Part shown: piece after piece, positions 27,740 through 39,101 of the stretch | Layout: each line of letters starts with the position of its first letter | How positions within the stretch are numbered: position 1 is the first letter of the stretch | From: Octopus sinensis | Taxonomy: Eukaryota | DNA length: 64,000 nucleotides | Direction: 5' to 3' | Assembly (NCBI RefSeq): GCF_006345805.1 | Contig: NC_043005.1 | Coordinates: 45,880,001-45,944,000, forward strand | The notes under the pieces: model-generated | The model's input: only the letters and a program-made list of their open reading frames with translations | What the model was told of the DNA's origin: nothing | Database searches by the model: none | Program-made: the position numbers and the translations under genes

Positions 27740-27853
27740 TCTCTGAAGAGGCCGTGGGACATCCTTGTTAATGTCTCATTTATACCTGCCTTATATGGCT
27801 TATAGGTTAAATGAGGCATACTTGTCCTTACGGCCGAAACAGCTGTCAGATAT
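27740..27853 (+). ncRNA. Type I hammerhead ribozyme with extended stem II, in an AT-rich Penelope-like pseudo-LTR or retrozyme-like context
   Basis: CTGAAGA core at 27743-27749. An 86-nt multi-helix stem II is closed by GGCCGT/ACGGCC. GAAA at 27836-27839, palindromic stem III ACAGCTGT, GTC cleavage triplet at 27845-27847, and short stem I TCT/AGA. Confidence 0.8.
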
Positions 27854-28596
27854 GATATAATTATATATTATATTTTATATTTTATATTTCTATTTCCTTG
27901 TCTAATTATATTTACAATATATTTTGTATAATGCCTTTGCTGTTATGTAATGGTGTAATAAAGTATTGATTGGGTATCATCTGATGGTTGATGTTTGATT
28001 GATTTAAGTATATTTCTCCATTTTCTAATTTTGTATATATATATATATATATATGATAGACTTTTCATTGACTAACTAACACTTTAGACTTTGCTAAGTT
28101 GACTATGAGGTTTCTCACCTCTAGGTTTTGTTTCTATATGGGAAAATTTCATTTCTAAATCTTCCAAATTTTTAGGATTAAGAACTGAGTTATTAAGCAT
28201 ACAGGAATCCTCATAGGCAGTAATTATTTAGTTGTTACAAATGGTGGCCCCTATGAGTCATACAGTCTGCAAAACAATCAGAATTGCCTACATCAATGCT
28301 TCAAATTGATCGGTCTGGGGTTGTTATAGAAGACACTTGTCTAAGGTGCTATGCAGTGCAACTAAGCACTACATCACACTCAGTGCACAAAACAATGGCA
28401 AATTTTTCCTTTGTAGATATGGCAGAAGTGCAGTTGGTGGTTCCATTATATGTATCTTCATTTTGGATGCACATGCTTGCTATATGATTCACACACATCA
28501 ATGCTTCACTTTGGTCAGTCTGGGGTTATAGTAGAACACACTTGTCCAAGGTGCCATGCAGTGGGACTGAGCCCAAAACCAATTGGTTAGTTACAA

Positions 28597-28680
<84 letters not shown>

Positions 28681-28705
28681 CACACATATATATATATATA
28701 TATAT
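28597..28705. repeat. Compound (CT)n(AT)n microsatellite, representative of many in the window
   Basis: Directly visible. Other long arrays include (AT)n near 12487, 21240, 27583, 37036, 38035, 43285 and 58811, (AAT)n near 6718 and 39198, (TATG)n near 43623 and (CA)n near 29149. Confidence 0.95.
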
Positions 28706-29137
28706 ACACATATGCTCAAAAGAGAAAAAATATGTAACTGCATTTCATCTAGATGTGCTCCAGTTATACAGTTACTGCTTCTGTGATTAATGAAGCTGCT
28801 CTTCTTACAAAACTTTTGTTTACTGGACTTCAAGACGAAACACTGCTGCAAGCTCATAGGAACTCTTATCAATTATCCAGTGTCTGCTGCCTAACATCAA
28901 TGAACTGCATCTCTCTTCTTTTTTTACTATTAAATGCTATCTCAGTCACGCTGAATGCAGCCTCTAATAGTTTTAGTAGATTTTATTAACGTAAGTACTT
29001 TGTCTTGTGATTATTTTATTGACCTCATGATGCAGAGTAGCATTGTCAACTAAAGCACAATCTAAACCACAAGATATTTTTTGTCTACAAAACTAATTCA
29101 ACAATATATCTCTGTTTCTGTCTCTCTCTCTCCCTCC

Positions 29138-29187
<50 letters not shown>

Positions 29188-29402
29188 AGCCCATGGACTG
29201 CATCCTTTCCCTTGACCAAATTACATTCACAAGTGTTTAGTGATACTATGCATAGGTGGGGCAGAATTTAGATAAAGATATTTCTCAATTATTAAAATGG
29301 ATCTACTGATATTCATCTAATATGTGTAAAAGTTTTAGAATAACTGTTAGATTATACTACTTATAAGAAAGTCCTTTCAAATCTATTTATCTTAACAACC
29401 TA

Positions 29403-29735
29403 TGTAGTGGTATCAAAAACTTCCTGGACTAGTTCTGTAGTATGCCAACAGATGGCAGTACATGGATGCATATACAGTGAGTGCTAGCTGTGACCTTCAT
29501 GGAGCAGTGTGCTGAGTGCTACTGCTGTGTTAACTTCGCAAGTTGTGAAATTTGTGTTTTTGTGATCATGTGTATGCTGTAGCCCATGAATTTTGTCATG
29601 GACAAGAAGTTGGAACAAAGAGCCAACATGAAATTTTGCATTAAACTTGTGAAGGTTGCTACAGAGACATTGAGCATGCTTTGACAAGCTTACAGTGACG
29701 AGGCAATGGGTGGTACGCAATGTTTTGAATGTTTA
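29403..29735 (+). mobile_element. 5' fragment of a mariner-family transposon
   Basis: TA followed by a mariner-like terminus (..GTGGTATCAAAAACTTCCTGGACT). From 29598 it reads MDKKLEQRANMKFCIKLVKVATETLSML*QAYSDEAMGGTQCFE, a mariner N-terminal HTH region. Confidence 0.78.
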
Positions 29736-29825
29736 TCATGTTAAACATGATAAACATAAATAAAAGTGAGATTTTTTTTTTAAACTGTCTGATTTCACAG
29801 AAATAGTTCTTTCTGGGACACCCTG
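29736..29825. mobile_element. Terminus of a Tc1/maT-type element abutting the mariner fragment
   Basis: Ends in ...CTGGGACACCCTG|TA, the reverse complement of TA|CAGGGTGTCCCAG, the same terminal motif class as at 6861. Confidence 0.5.
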
Positions 29826-29826
29826 T

Positions 29827-30312
29827 ATGATGATGGCAATCCCTCAAGGTCGAGGATGATGGTCTTCGCGAAAATTTACTGGTGAGTCCGTAGGTGACCG
29901 ATAAGACCAATTCTTGCTTGAAAAGATCAGTCGCAGTGCGGACATCTAGTACCGGAAGGGAGAGTCGCACGTGGTTGTTGTTGGCGTTCCTTCCGTCATC
30001 GTCTTTTCCCCTCCAGCTCTGCAGACCTTTTCAACTCGAAAGTTGCCGTTCCCTCATGGATGGTGGTTTTCCAGAGTGGTCTGTTTTTTGCCGTTTCCTC
30101 CCAGTTAGTGAAGTCGATGTCACACTTTTTGAGGTTCGTTTTCAGGGAGTCCTTGTAGCGTTTCTTCTGGCCTCCTTTTGTACGCTTGCCGTCTTTGAGT
30201 TGGGAGTAGAAGATCTGTTTGGGAAGTCGTTTGTCAGTCATTCTAACCACGTGGCCGCTCCATCTTAGTTGGCCTTCGATGACATAGGCTTCGATGCCGG
30301 TCATTTGAGCAG
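29827..30312 (-). mobile_element. 5'-truncated RTE-clade LINE (BovB-like), young copy
   Basis: C-terminal ORF2 reads QLRWSGHVVRMTDKRLPKQIFYSQLKDGKRTKGGQKKRYKDSLK. It continues in frame through two TGA codons to a CPHC..HLRTH zinc finger and a TAA at 29876. A short 3' UTR and (CAT)n tail follow. Confidence 0.92.
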
Positions 30313-30354
30313 GTTTGCAAAACCACCTGGCATAACATTGCCTCCTGCCCCTAT

Positions 30355-30520
30355 GAAAACCCTACAACGGTGAAGGAAAGAAAGCTAAGATGGTCATGAC
30401 AATCTAACAAGATGTATGACAATCTAACAATCTTGCAAACACCATTCTTCAAGGAACTGTAGGAGTGAAGAAGATATGGACAGGTGATAAAATAGTTAGG
30501 CAATGTCAGGGAACAGACAT
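30355..30520 (+). mobile_element. Older RTE-type LINE 3' fragment, opposite orientation
   Basis: Pieces TVKERKLRWS and LANTILQGTVG match the RTE C-terminal motif K-R-K-L-R-W...L-A-x-T-I-L-Q-G. A 15-bp direct duplication ATGACAATCTAACAA lies at 30396 and 30416. Confidence 0.65.
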
Positions 30521-32309
30521 GCTAATAATTAGCAGACACACAAACACAACAGACCAAGCCTCATTTACAAATGTCATGACTGCCTTTATAATTCCATCAA
30601 AGGTTGAGGGGCTCCAGCCCCCACTAGTGTGACAAAATAAAGCTATGGATAAGTGGTAGAGTTGCAAACAAACAGCCAGCAGTTATTCTCATCTCAAATC
30701 TATCTGTGTCTGATATCGACTTTCATTTATCGAGGATTAATAATATAAACACCAACCATATATTTCAGTTGATTCAGTGAACTACAATTCACCCTTTCAT
30801 AATTGTGGCCTCAGGCCAAGGGAAGAAAATCGAAATTGTATGGCTTATAAATGCACTATATCTTTTTCTTCATATAACACTGAATGTTATCTTTATATAA
30901 TATTCTTAATTTAATTATTTATTATATAGATCAATAACGTGTTAGATCTATTGTATAATATCTTAAAGTTTTATTGTTACAGCTTCAGAGGTTATCTTAA
31001 GACAACTTGCCACTTCTCTATTACTTGCAAGACTTTCTCCACATTCAACCTAATTCTTGGTGTCAATTTCACAGATTAACAGTTGCCTTTAGCATTTTCT
31101 TTCCCTTCTCCATCTCTCTCTCTCATTATAGCTTTTGTGTTATGTTCAAAGAATTTTAATTTTCCATTATAGGATCATTTTAAATAATACTTCTAATTCA
31201 GAAGTTTGTGCGGTCAGCTCTGCTTTCCATCCTTTTTTGCTTAATGAAAGAAGAACCAATAATATACCAAAGTTGATTCTATTGATTACACTCTTCTACT
31301 ACAATAATTAAGCCTGGTATTTAATCAAGAGAAATCAATTTTCTCCACATAGTCCTAGAATTTGAAGTACTCCCCACCCACTTCATATTTTATCTGTCCA
31401 TTTTTATAGGCCTCCACAATAATTTTGATGCTCATATCTAAGATTATTTGATTCAATTTCCTTTGTTTAATAATTTTATATGGGAACAGATAAATTTAGT
31501 TATTCAATATAGCACACAATTAGTTGAAAGATTAAGGGTTAATAGTCTTAAAGCTGCAATGGGATGCAAAAATAGGGAAGCCTTCATTTCTCCAAAGCAC
31601 CTATTTGTAAAAAAAAAGATATGCAAAACAAAGTTAAATGTGTTGGACATAAAAATAGAGCAATACCAATGATGGAATATAAATCAAGTTTTTCTAAAAA
31701 CAGTCAATACTACATTTGTATAATACCCACTGCTCTTTATTTAGTAACTGAACACACCTAAATTCAATATATTTAGATCTTTTGTAACTATCTAAACTTA
31801 CAGAAGTAATGAACCAATAAGGGAATCTCGCTATAGTTCCTGAAATCACAAGAAAGAGCAACCAAATCTCCCTCAAATTACACCCTCCATCTTTAAAAAA
31901 GGAGTGACACATTGGATGATATGGTTCTGGATATGTCAGAATAAAAATGAAGGATGGCCACAACTGCTAAGTCAAGTTGATCTGGGGCTAGTTGGCAGAA
32001 TCATTAGTGAGCTGGACAAAATACATTAAATACAGTATTGATCTTGCTCCCTACAATCTACGTTCAACACAACTTTTCATTCTTCCTGGGTTGAGAATAT
32101 TATGTAAAATAAGGCGGTGAGCTGGCAGAATCTTTAGCATGCTGGGCAAAATGTTCACCGACATTTTGTCTGTTCTTACGTTGAGTTCAAATTCTACTGG
32201 TGTCCCATTCATGAAGGACAATGTGATCTCAGTCACTTATATACCACTGAAACATAATTGGTGTTATGAGTCCTTGGGCGGCTCAAGAAAAATAAATTGA
32301 AGCCTTTAA

Positions 32310-32529
32310 CCCTTTCGTTACTGTATTTATTTTGAGATGCTCTGTGTTACTTTCAATTACTTTAAATATAACAAAGGATTTAGTAAAATAACTTAGTTAT
32401 CATTCAGCTGGTGTTAGGAACATAAATTGTGACTAAGGTTTGGGGGAAGATTTTAATTCAGAACTTTTGAAAACAAGACATTTATACTGAGAGCCAGAGC
32501 CGGTTTCAGCCGGGTTGGTAACGAAAGGG
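32310..32529. mobile_element. TTAA-flanked MITE (piggyBac-type termini), family B
   Basis: TTAA|CCCTTTCGTTAC ... GTAACGAAAGGG|TTAA: perfect 12-bp TIRs, 220 bp long, with a near-identical copy at 54820-55039. Confidence 0.88.
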
Positions 32530-33438
32530 TTAAATAATGGTAGGTTTATAAACAATGTGACGGTGAGCTAAACAGTAAAAGAAAGTGCTCAGTCACTGAA
32601 AAAATAATAACACAGGATTGAAACTTGGAGTGTTCAGCTCCTCCCTGTTTTTTCTGTTTACCAAAATAGGCATGGCTATATTGTTAAGAAGTTTACTTTG
32701 TGATTATGTAATTACAAGTTCAGTCCTACAGCACTGAATCTTGGGAAAATGTTTTCTACAATAGCCCGCTCCACATATCTCAGTGGAGCCTCCTCAAGCT
32801 GGTTATTGATGCAATATATATCTGGTGCAGATTGCATCAATAACCAACTGGAGGAGGTCCCTCCTGGGGTTAAAAACAGTAGTAACATATATTCCTATGG
32901 AAAAGCCATGATGAAGATATTCTTAAACAGAAATGTTCATTTTTGCATAAGACAATGTCAGAATATTTTGTTTTGTTTATTTCCTAACATCTGAAGAAAA
33001 ATTGAAAGTCTTGGTGTTCAGAGATGATAAAATACGGAAAAAAAAGAAAGGGAAATGTGTAAGAATCAATATAGAATTTAGCTGTGTTGAATTATTTATT
33101 ATTTTGCTATTTTAGAAATGCATAAATATTGTTGACATAATTAGTTCAACTTGAAACCTACTACCTGCTTAATTGCAGAACAGTATAACAGTACCAAGTA
33201 AAATTTGTACCATCTTTACTCACCATCTCAATAATTATAGATTTCTCCAGGGAAACTCATGTGATACAGATGCTACTCTAATGTAATTAACTCATTAACA
33301 ATTTTTGATAAAAGAAATTCCTTATGGCGTTAATCTGATCATGTTTCTTGTGGGACTTTTCTACATATAAAAGCAATCCCGCATTCAGGTTTAAACAATG
33401 AGATACTGTTTGTTTGTGTGTGTGTGTGTGTGTGTGTA

Positions 33439-33598
33439 GGGGGGGGGTTGTGCACGCAAGCACTTAAGTGGAAAAAAAGACAGAGAGAATGAGTGACACT
33501 TCATATAGTCAGAGTTTACTAAACTCTGACTATATGAAGTGTCACTCATTCTCTCTGTCTTTTTTCCACTTAAGTGCTTGCGTGCACAACCCCCCCCC
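33439..33598. repeat. 160-bp near-perfect palindrome
   Basis: Arms 33439-33518 and 33520-33598 are reverse complements apart from A7 versus T6; centre AGAGTTT-ACT-AAACTCT. Confidence 0.95.
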
Positions 33599-34689
33599 CC
33601 TTGTGTGAGGTGTGTGTTGTTTGCCTGCAAGAATAAAAAAAACAAAATCTTTATTTTCAGCTCATAAAAGATTCATATTTCAATATTTTTAAAAATATAA
33701 AAATTAAGAATAATATAAGAAAGAAGAAGCAAAGTTAACACTTCATATGTCATATGAAATACAGAAGAAAGTGAGCGTAGAATATCTCAAAGTCATTTGA
33801 ATGCTTAAAAGAGTTTTCAAAAACATCTTGAAATTTTTGAATGAATAAAACTGAAAATTAGTTGGGTTTTTTTTTTTGGTGGGGGGTTGTTTTCTATATC
33901 AACATATTTTTGCAAGAAGAAAAAAAAACATAGGTATAAAAGATCAAGTTATCAAGAGAGAAAAAGACCCATAACTACCTCACCAAGGAAACAAAGAGGA
34001 AGAACAAAGGGGGTGATTAAACCACAGAAGACAGTGAGAGGGAGTTACATATTGTACACCCCAGAACAAATGGCATGTTTAGTTATGCTTCAGACATTGT
34101 TGCAAAAGCATTTCCATGATCCAGGATATCCTAGTATTCGAGTGTGTAAGTGTATTATACAATATATACAACATAAGCACATACATATTATGTACAGGGC
34201 GTGATTGTATATATTTGCTATTTTCAACTATTAATTGTATGCATTGTTTTACTATCATTGTTGGTCTTTTCCTTAAAAGCAACAACTGTTTTTGCTTTAT
34301 TTTTTTACAGAACTATTGAATATTGAAAATTTTGAATCCCCCAACCCTCCAATTTGTGGAAGAGACAGTCCTCCTGGGAATCTATGCCAGCAAGGACAAA
34401 CAAGATTTCAGATTCCCTTAACATCAGCAGAATGATGGTGGAAAAGGTCAGAAAGGAGCTGAAAGATTCAGTATTCAACTACAAGGTGACAACAGTAAGG
34501 AAAAACCCCTGATTGATAATCTGATGCCATCAGAACACTGGAATTCATCACTGACAGCAGATCATCAACAATGATCCCAGCAAGTCCATGTGTGCCATTA
34601 CAAGATTGGTGGTGCATGAGGATATTCAATACTTTTTATACAAGATGAAGAAGAGACAATTTCTGTCCAAGATGATACAGGAAAAGCAA

Positions 34690-35290
34690 CTCAAACACAC
34701 CAGACAGGCTGTGGTTCTTCTGCAACAAAAAGAATTTCTGTAAAGACCGGAAGATCAACTCGAAGAACAACGGGTAGCATGCTGTCCCACACAAGGACAT
34801 ACCCAGAGTGATGCAGATGAAATTTCCAGCAACAATCATGGTCTCCGGTGTTGTCATGCCACCTCACTTCTTCCCTCAGAGCCTCAGGCTAAAAGGCTAC
34901 ATCCATGTTCTGAGTGAGGTGGTGAGGTCCTGGATTGACTAGTTAGCTGTGAGGAGGCTGTATGCATGGCAGCAAAACTCTGCACCCTGCCACACCAACC
35001 AGAAGACCCAGGCTTGGCTGTCAGAGAATTTCTTCGATCACACAGCAACGGTCATTTGCCCTCCCAATTTGTCTGATGACAACACCCCTCAACTTCCTTG
35101 TGTGGGGCACGATGGAATGAAAGACTAACAAATCCAGCTGCAGCACAAAGGACAAGCTAAATGCCAAGATTATCAGAGTTTTCAGGGTCCTAAAACAGAA
35201 GATAGTAACAAAGGCCTGGAGTCAGCTCTGAAGTCACCTGGAGGCTGTCACCGAGGTCAAAGGCAGGTTCATCAAGCGAGATTGGCAACA
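34690..35290 (+). mobile_element. Second, more decayed maT-type transposase fragment
   Basis: Translatable pieces WFFCNKKNF, MKFPATIMVSGVV, MPPHFFPQSLRL and WQQNSAPCHTNQKTQAWLSENFFDH parallel the 6861-7915 element, with stops and indels. Confidence 0.8.
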
Positions 35291-37033
35291 TGTCATGAAG
35301 ACAAACTGACTGAAATTTGATGAACATACCTCAAAACATAAAACACTTATTTTTTTCCCCTGAGACATCATGTGAATGAATACCGTCCACTCCATTTGTG
35401 TGTGTGTGTGTGTATACATACACACACAAACAGAGCTCAACATCATCATCATAATGTTCACTTTTCTATGCTTGCTTGAATAGGATGAAGTTTACTGAGA
35501 CAGATTTCCTATGGCAGTCAGCCCCACCTATCATCAACCCTTACCTGTTTCCAAATTAGGTAATATTTCCTCATGACCAGACATGTTTTTTCAAGATATT
35601 AGAAATGAATAACACTGGTTCTACAACAGTATAACAATGGCACTTGTATGTATATATATATATATATATATACACACACATACACACATAAATAACATAC
35701 ATTCACTTAACTGACACTTCATCATTTATGACAATAAGGGTTCCAGTTAATTAGATTAATGGAATAGCCTGCTCATGATATTAATGTACAACTGACCGAG
35801 CACTCCACACAGCATTACACGGAATGGACAAAATTGGCCATTACTACTCAACTGAGTGGACTGGAGCAACAGAAATTAAAGTGTCTTGCTCCAAACACAA
35901 AGTACCAACTCCTGCCCTTATGATCATGAGCCAAATATGCTAACCACTAAGCCAGACGCTTGCTTGCCTGCATACATACACACACAGTGTCCTGCAGTTT
36001 CTGAAAATTACATATGTATATATAATTATGTATAAAAACGATAAACGTCACCCTTTTCAAGCCTAGCCAGGCTCATGGGCCGGTTTCCCGGGATCTGTGG
36101 CGCATGTGTTCCCCCCAGCTGGACGGGACACCAGTCCATCGCAGCATTACTCAAGAAACAGGAAGAGAGAGTGAGAGAAAGTTGTGGCGAAAGAGTACAA
36201 CAGGGATCACTACCGCCCCCTGCTGGAGCCTTGTGAAGCTTTTTAGGTGTTTTCGCTCAATAAACACACTGCGATCCTCCGACCGCGAGTCCACTGCCCT
36301 AACCAATGGGCCATTGCACCTCCACTTGCGCCCTTTTAAAGCCTAGTCAGGCTCATGGGCCCGGTTTCAATGGTGTATGTGTTCCCCAGCAGGACAGGAC
36401 ACCAGTCCATCGCATCATTACTCATTTTTACCAGTTGAGTGGACTGGAGCAATGTGAAATGAAGTGTTTTGCACAAGAACACAACGCGTTGCCCAGTCTA
36501 GGAATCAAAACCACAATCTTATGATCATGACGCTGACACCCTAACCACTAAGCCAAGTGCCTCCACATAATTATGTAAACATGGAGAATATACACATACA
36601 CACACATGCATGCAATAATGAAGCATACACAGTTGTGTACTAAATTTACACAATATATCTTTTACTTGTTTCAGTCACTGGCTGGGGCATAGTATTGAAA
36701 TACTTTTAGTGAAATGAATTGACCCACTCCCCCAGCACCCATTTTATTTTTAAAGCCTGGCATTTATTCTACCAGTCTCTTTTGCCAAGGTGCTAAGCTA
36801 CAGGGACATAAACACACCAACACTGGTTGTTAAGTGGTGGTGGAGGACAAACATATTCAGAAAGGTGCACACACAACAATGGGATTCATTCAGTTACTAT
36901 CTACCAAATTCTACTCACAGGGCTTTGGTCAGACCAAAGACAGAAGGCACTAGCCCAAGGTGAGACATAGTGGGAGTGAACCTGGAACCACGTGGTTGGG
37001 AAGCAAACTTCTTATCACACAGCCACACCTGTG

Positions 37034-37078
<45 letters not shown>

Positions 37079-37082
37079 TGTG

Positions 37083-37960
37083 TCATCATCATCATCATCA
37101 TTTAGCGTCCGTTTTCCATGCTAGCATGGGTTGGACGGTTCAACTGGGGTCTGTGAAGCTGGAAGGCTTCATCAGGCCCAGTCAGATATGGCAGTGTTTC
37201 TACGGCTGGATGCCCTTCCTAACGCCAACCACTCCGTGAGTGTAGTGGGTGCTTTTTACGTGCCACCCACACAGGTGCCAGACAGAGCTGGCAAACGGCC
37301 ACGAACGGATGGTGCTTTTACGTGTCACCGGCACGGGGGCCAGGTGAGGCTGGCAACGGACACAAACGGATGGTGCTTTTACGTACCACCAACACAGGGG
37401 CCCAGACAGAGCTGGCAAACGGCCACGAAACGGATGGTGCTTTTACGTGTCACTGGCACGGGGGCCAGGCGAGGCTGGCAACGGACACGAACGGATGGTG
37501 CTTTTACGTGTCACCGGCACGGGGGCCAGGCGAGGCTGGCAGCGAACATGAACGGATGGTGCTTTTACGTGCCACCGACACGGGGTCCAGACAGGGCTGG
37601 CAAACGGCCACGAACGGATGGTGCTTTTACGTGTCACCTGCATGGGGGCCAGGCAAGGCTGGCAACGGACACGAACGGATGGTGCTTTTACGTGTCACCG
37701 GCACGGGGGCCAGGCGAGGCTGGCAGCGAACACGAACGGATGGTGCTTTTACGTGCCACCGACACGGGGTCCAGACAGGGCTGGCAAACGGCCACGAACG
37801 GATGGTGCTTTTACGTGTCACCTGCACGGGGGCCAGGCAAGGCTGGCAACGGACACGAACGGATGGTGCTTTTACGTGCCACCGACACGGAGGCTAGACG
37901 GGGCGGCGCCGGCAACGACCACGATCAAATGGTTCACTTAACCACAGCTGCAATTCCCAC
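37083..37960 (-). mobile_element. SINE family C with an (ATG)n tail and an internal tandem expansion
   Basis: (CAT)n on the plus strand followed by TTTAGCGTCCGTTTTCCATGCTAGCATGGGTTGGACGG...GGCTGGATGCCCTTCCTAACGCCAACC. Other copies, approximate: 6085-6440+, 11040-11230-, 13415-13635+, 18630-19060-, 20575-20820+, 25800-26050+, 57500-57680-. Confidence 0.78.
37246..37900. repeat. 61-64-bp minisatellite (about 11 units) with a 184-bp higher-order repeat
   Basis: The GGATGGTGCTTTTACGT anchor occurs at 37307, 37368, 37432, 37493, 37554, 37616, 37677, 37738, 37800 and 37861. Confidence 0.93.
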
Positions 37961-38024
37961 TGATGTTGATCGATCTCAATTTGGTTCTGCTTTCTGATAT
38001 ATGAATTGATTTGGTTATATAAAT

Positions 38025-38079
<55 letters not shown>

Positions 38080-38285
38080 ACAATTTTTAAATGGTCAGGT
38101 TAATTACAGACTATTTCTGCCCATGGAGCGATATACAGGTCACTTAATACACTCGTGTAAAAACAGGTCTCTTAAAAATCATCTGTCTTTTGCAGCAAAC
38201 ACATATCCAGGGTAACACACAAACACATTGTATTAAAGATGAATGGATAGAAGTAGAATTCAATAAGACTGATAAGGCCCTTACT

Positions 38286-38477
38286 AAGGGATGGCATGAG
38301 AGTTCATTCCCCATGTAAGTCAGCTGCCACAGCTTTCCAGCTGGATTGCTGCACCATTTCTTACAAATGATAGGTATGGATGCCAGACAACTGAAAAAAG
38401 ACATCAAGAGGATAGGCATGGCAGCTTAAACAAGCTCACGGTGGCTATGGTTGATAAGAGACCACAAGTGGAACCCT
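38286..38477 (+). mobile_element. 3' coding remnant of a Hero-like (restriction-like endonuclease) non-LTR retrotransposon
   Basis: The frame reads KGWHESSFPM*VSCHSFPAGLLHHFLQMIG...IKRIGMAA*TSSRWLWLIRDHKWNP. This matches my recalled Hero C-terminus GW..FPVEVGCRGF...AE.SS.WLWLKR, with both stops at expected Glu positions. Confidence 0.65.
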
Positions 38478-38942
38478 TCCACTGGCAAAAAAATCAATTC
38501 AGTCCTCCCTGCCTCACTCAGGCAAAGAGAACAGGCTAAGGAGTAAAATGCTTGTGACTCTGAGATACTGGCTGATGATGATACAGAAAGGTTTCCACCA
38601 CTGCAATAGATTTAGAAGAGCTTGCAAAATCTCACACAGTAGCTCCTGCAGTTTCTGCATGAAGCAAAGCATTTCTGTTTATTTCACCTTTTCTGGAGCT
38701 GAACTCACAGCAACTGACTACCTCAGCATTAACACACATATTGAATTTGAAAGCCTGTCTAACCTCCAAATAGAAGCCCTTTACTGAATTATATATTAAG
38801 ATTTCATGCATTATATTAGTATTTTCATAATGGATTAGAAATCATTTACTTTTTGTATTTAATGATTATTATTCATAGTCTTTGATTAGGCATTGCCTAC
38901 CATGCCTAACCAGGTCATACATCCCTCACACACACACACACA

Positions 38943-38988
<46 letters not shown>

Positions 38989-39069
38989 GAATAAATATCG
39001 ATAAAATAGATTATTCACTTGCCTATCTATATTCCTGATGTTTGCACATTTACAATAGACCACAATGTT

Positions 39070-39101
<32 letters not shown>

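Noticed and set aside
37131-37997. 288-aa ORF and overlapping 191-aa and 107-aa ORFs
   Set aside because: These are translations of the GC-rich minisatellite, open in all frames because the units lack stops. There are no splice signals or protein-family motifs.
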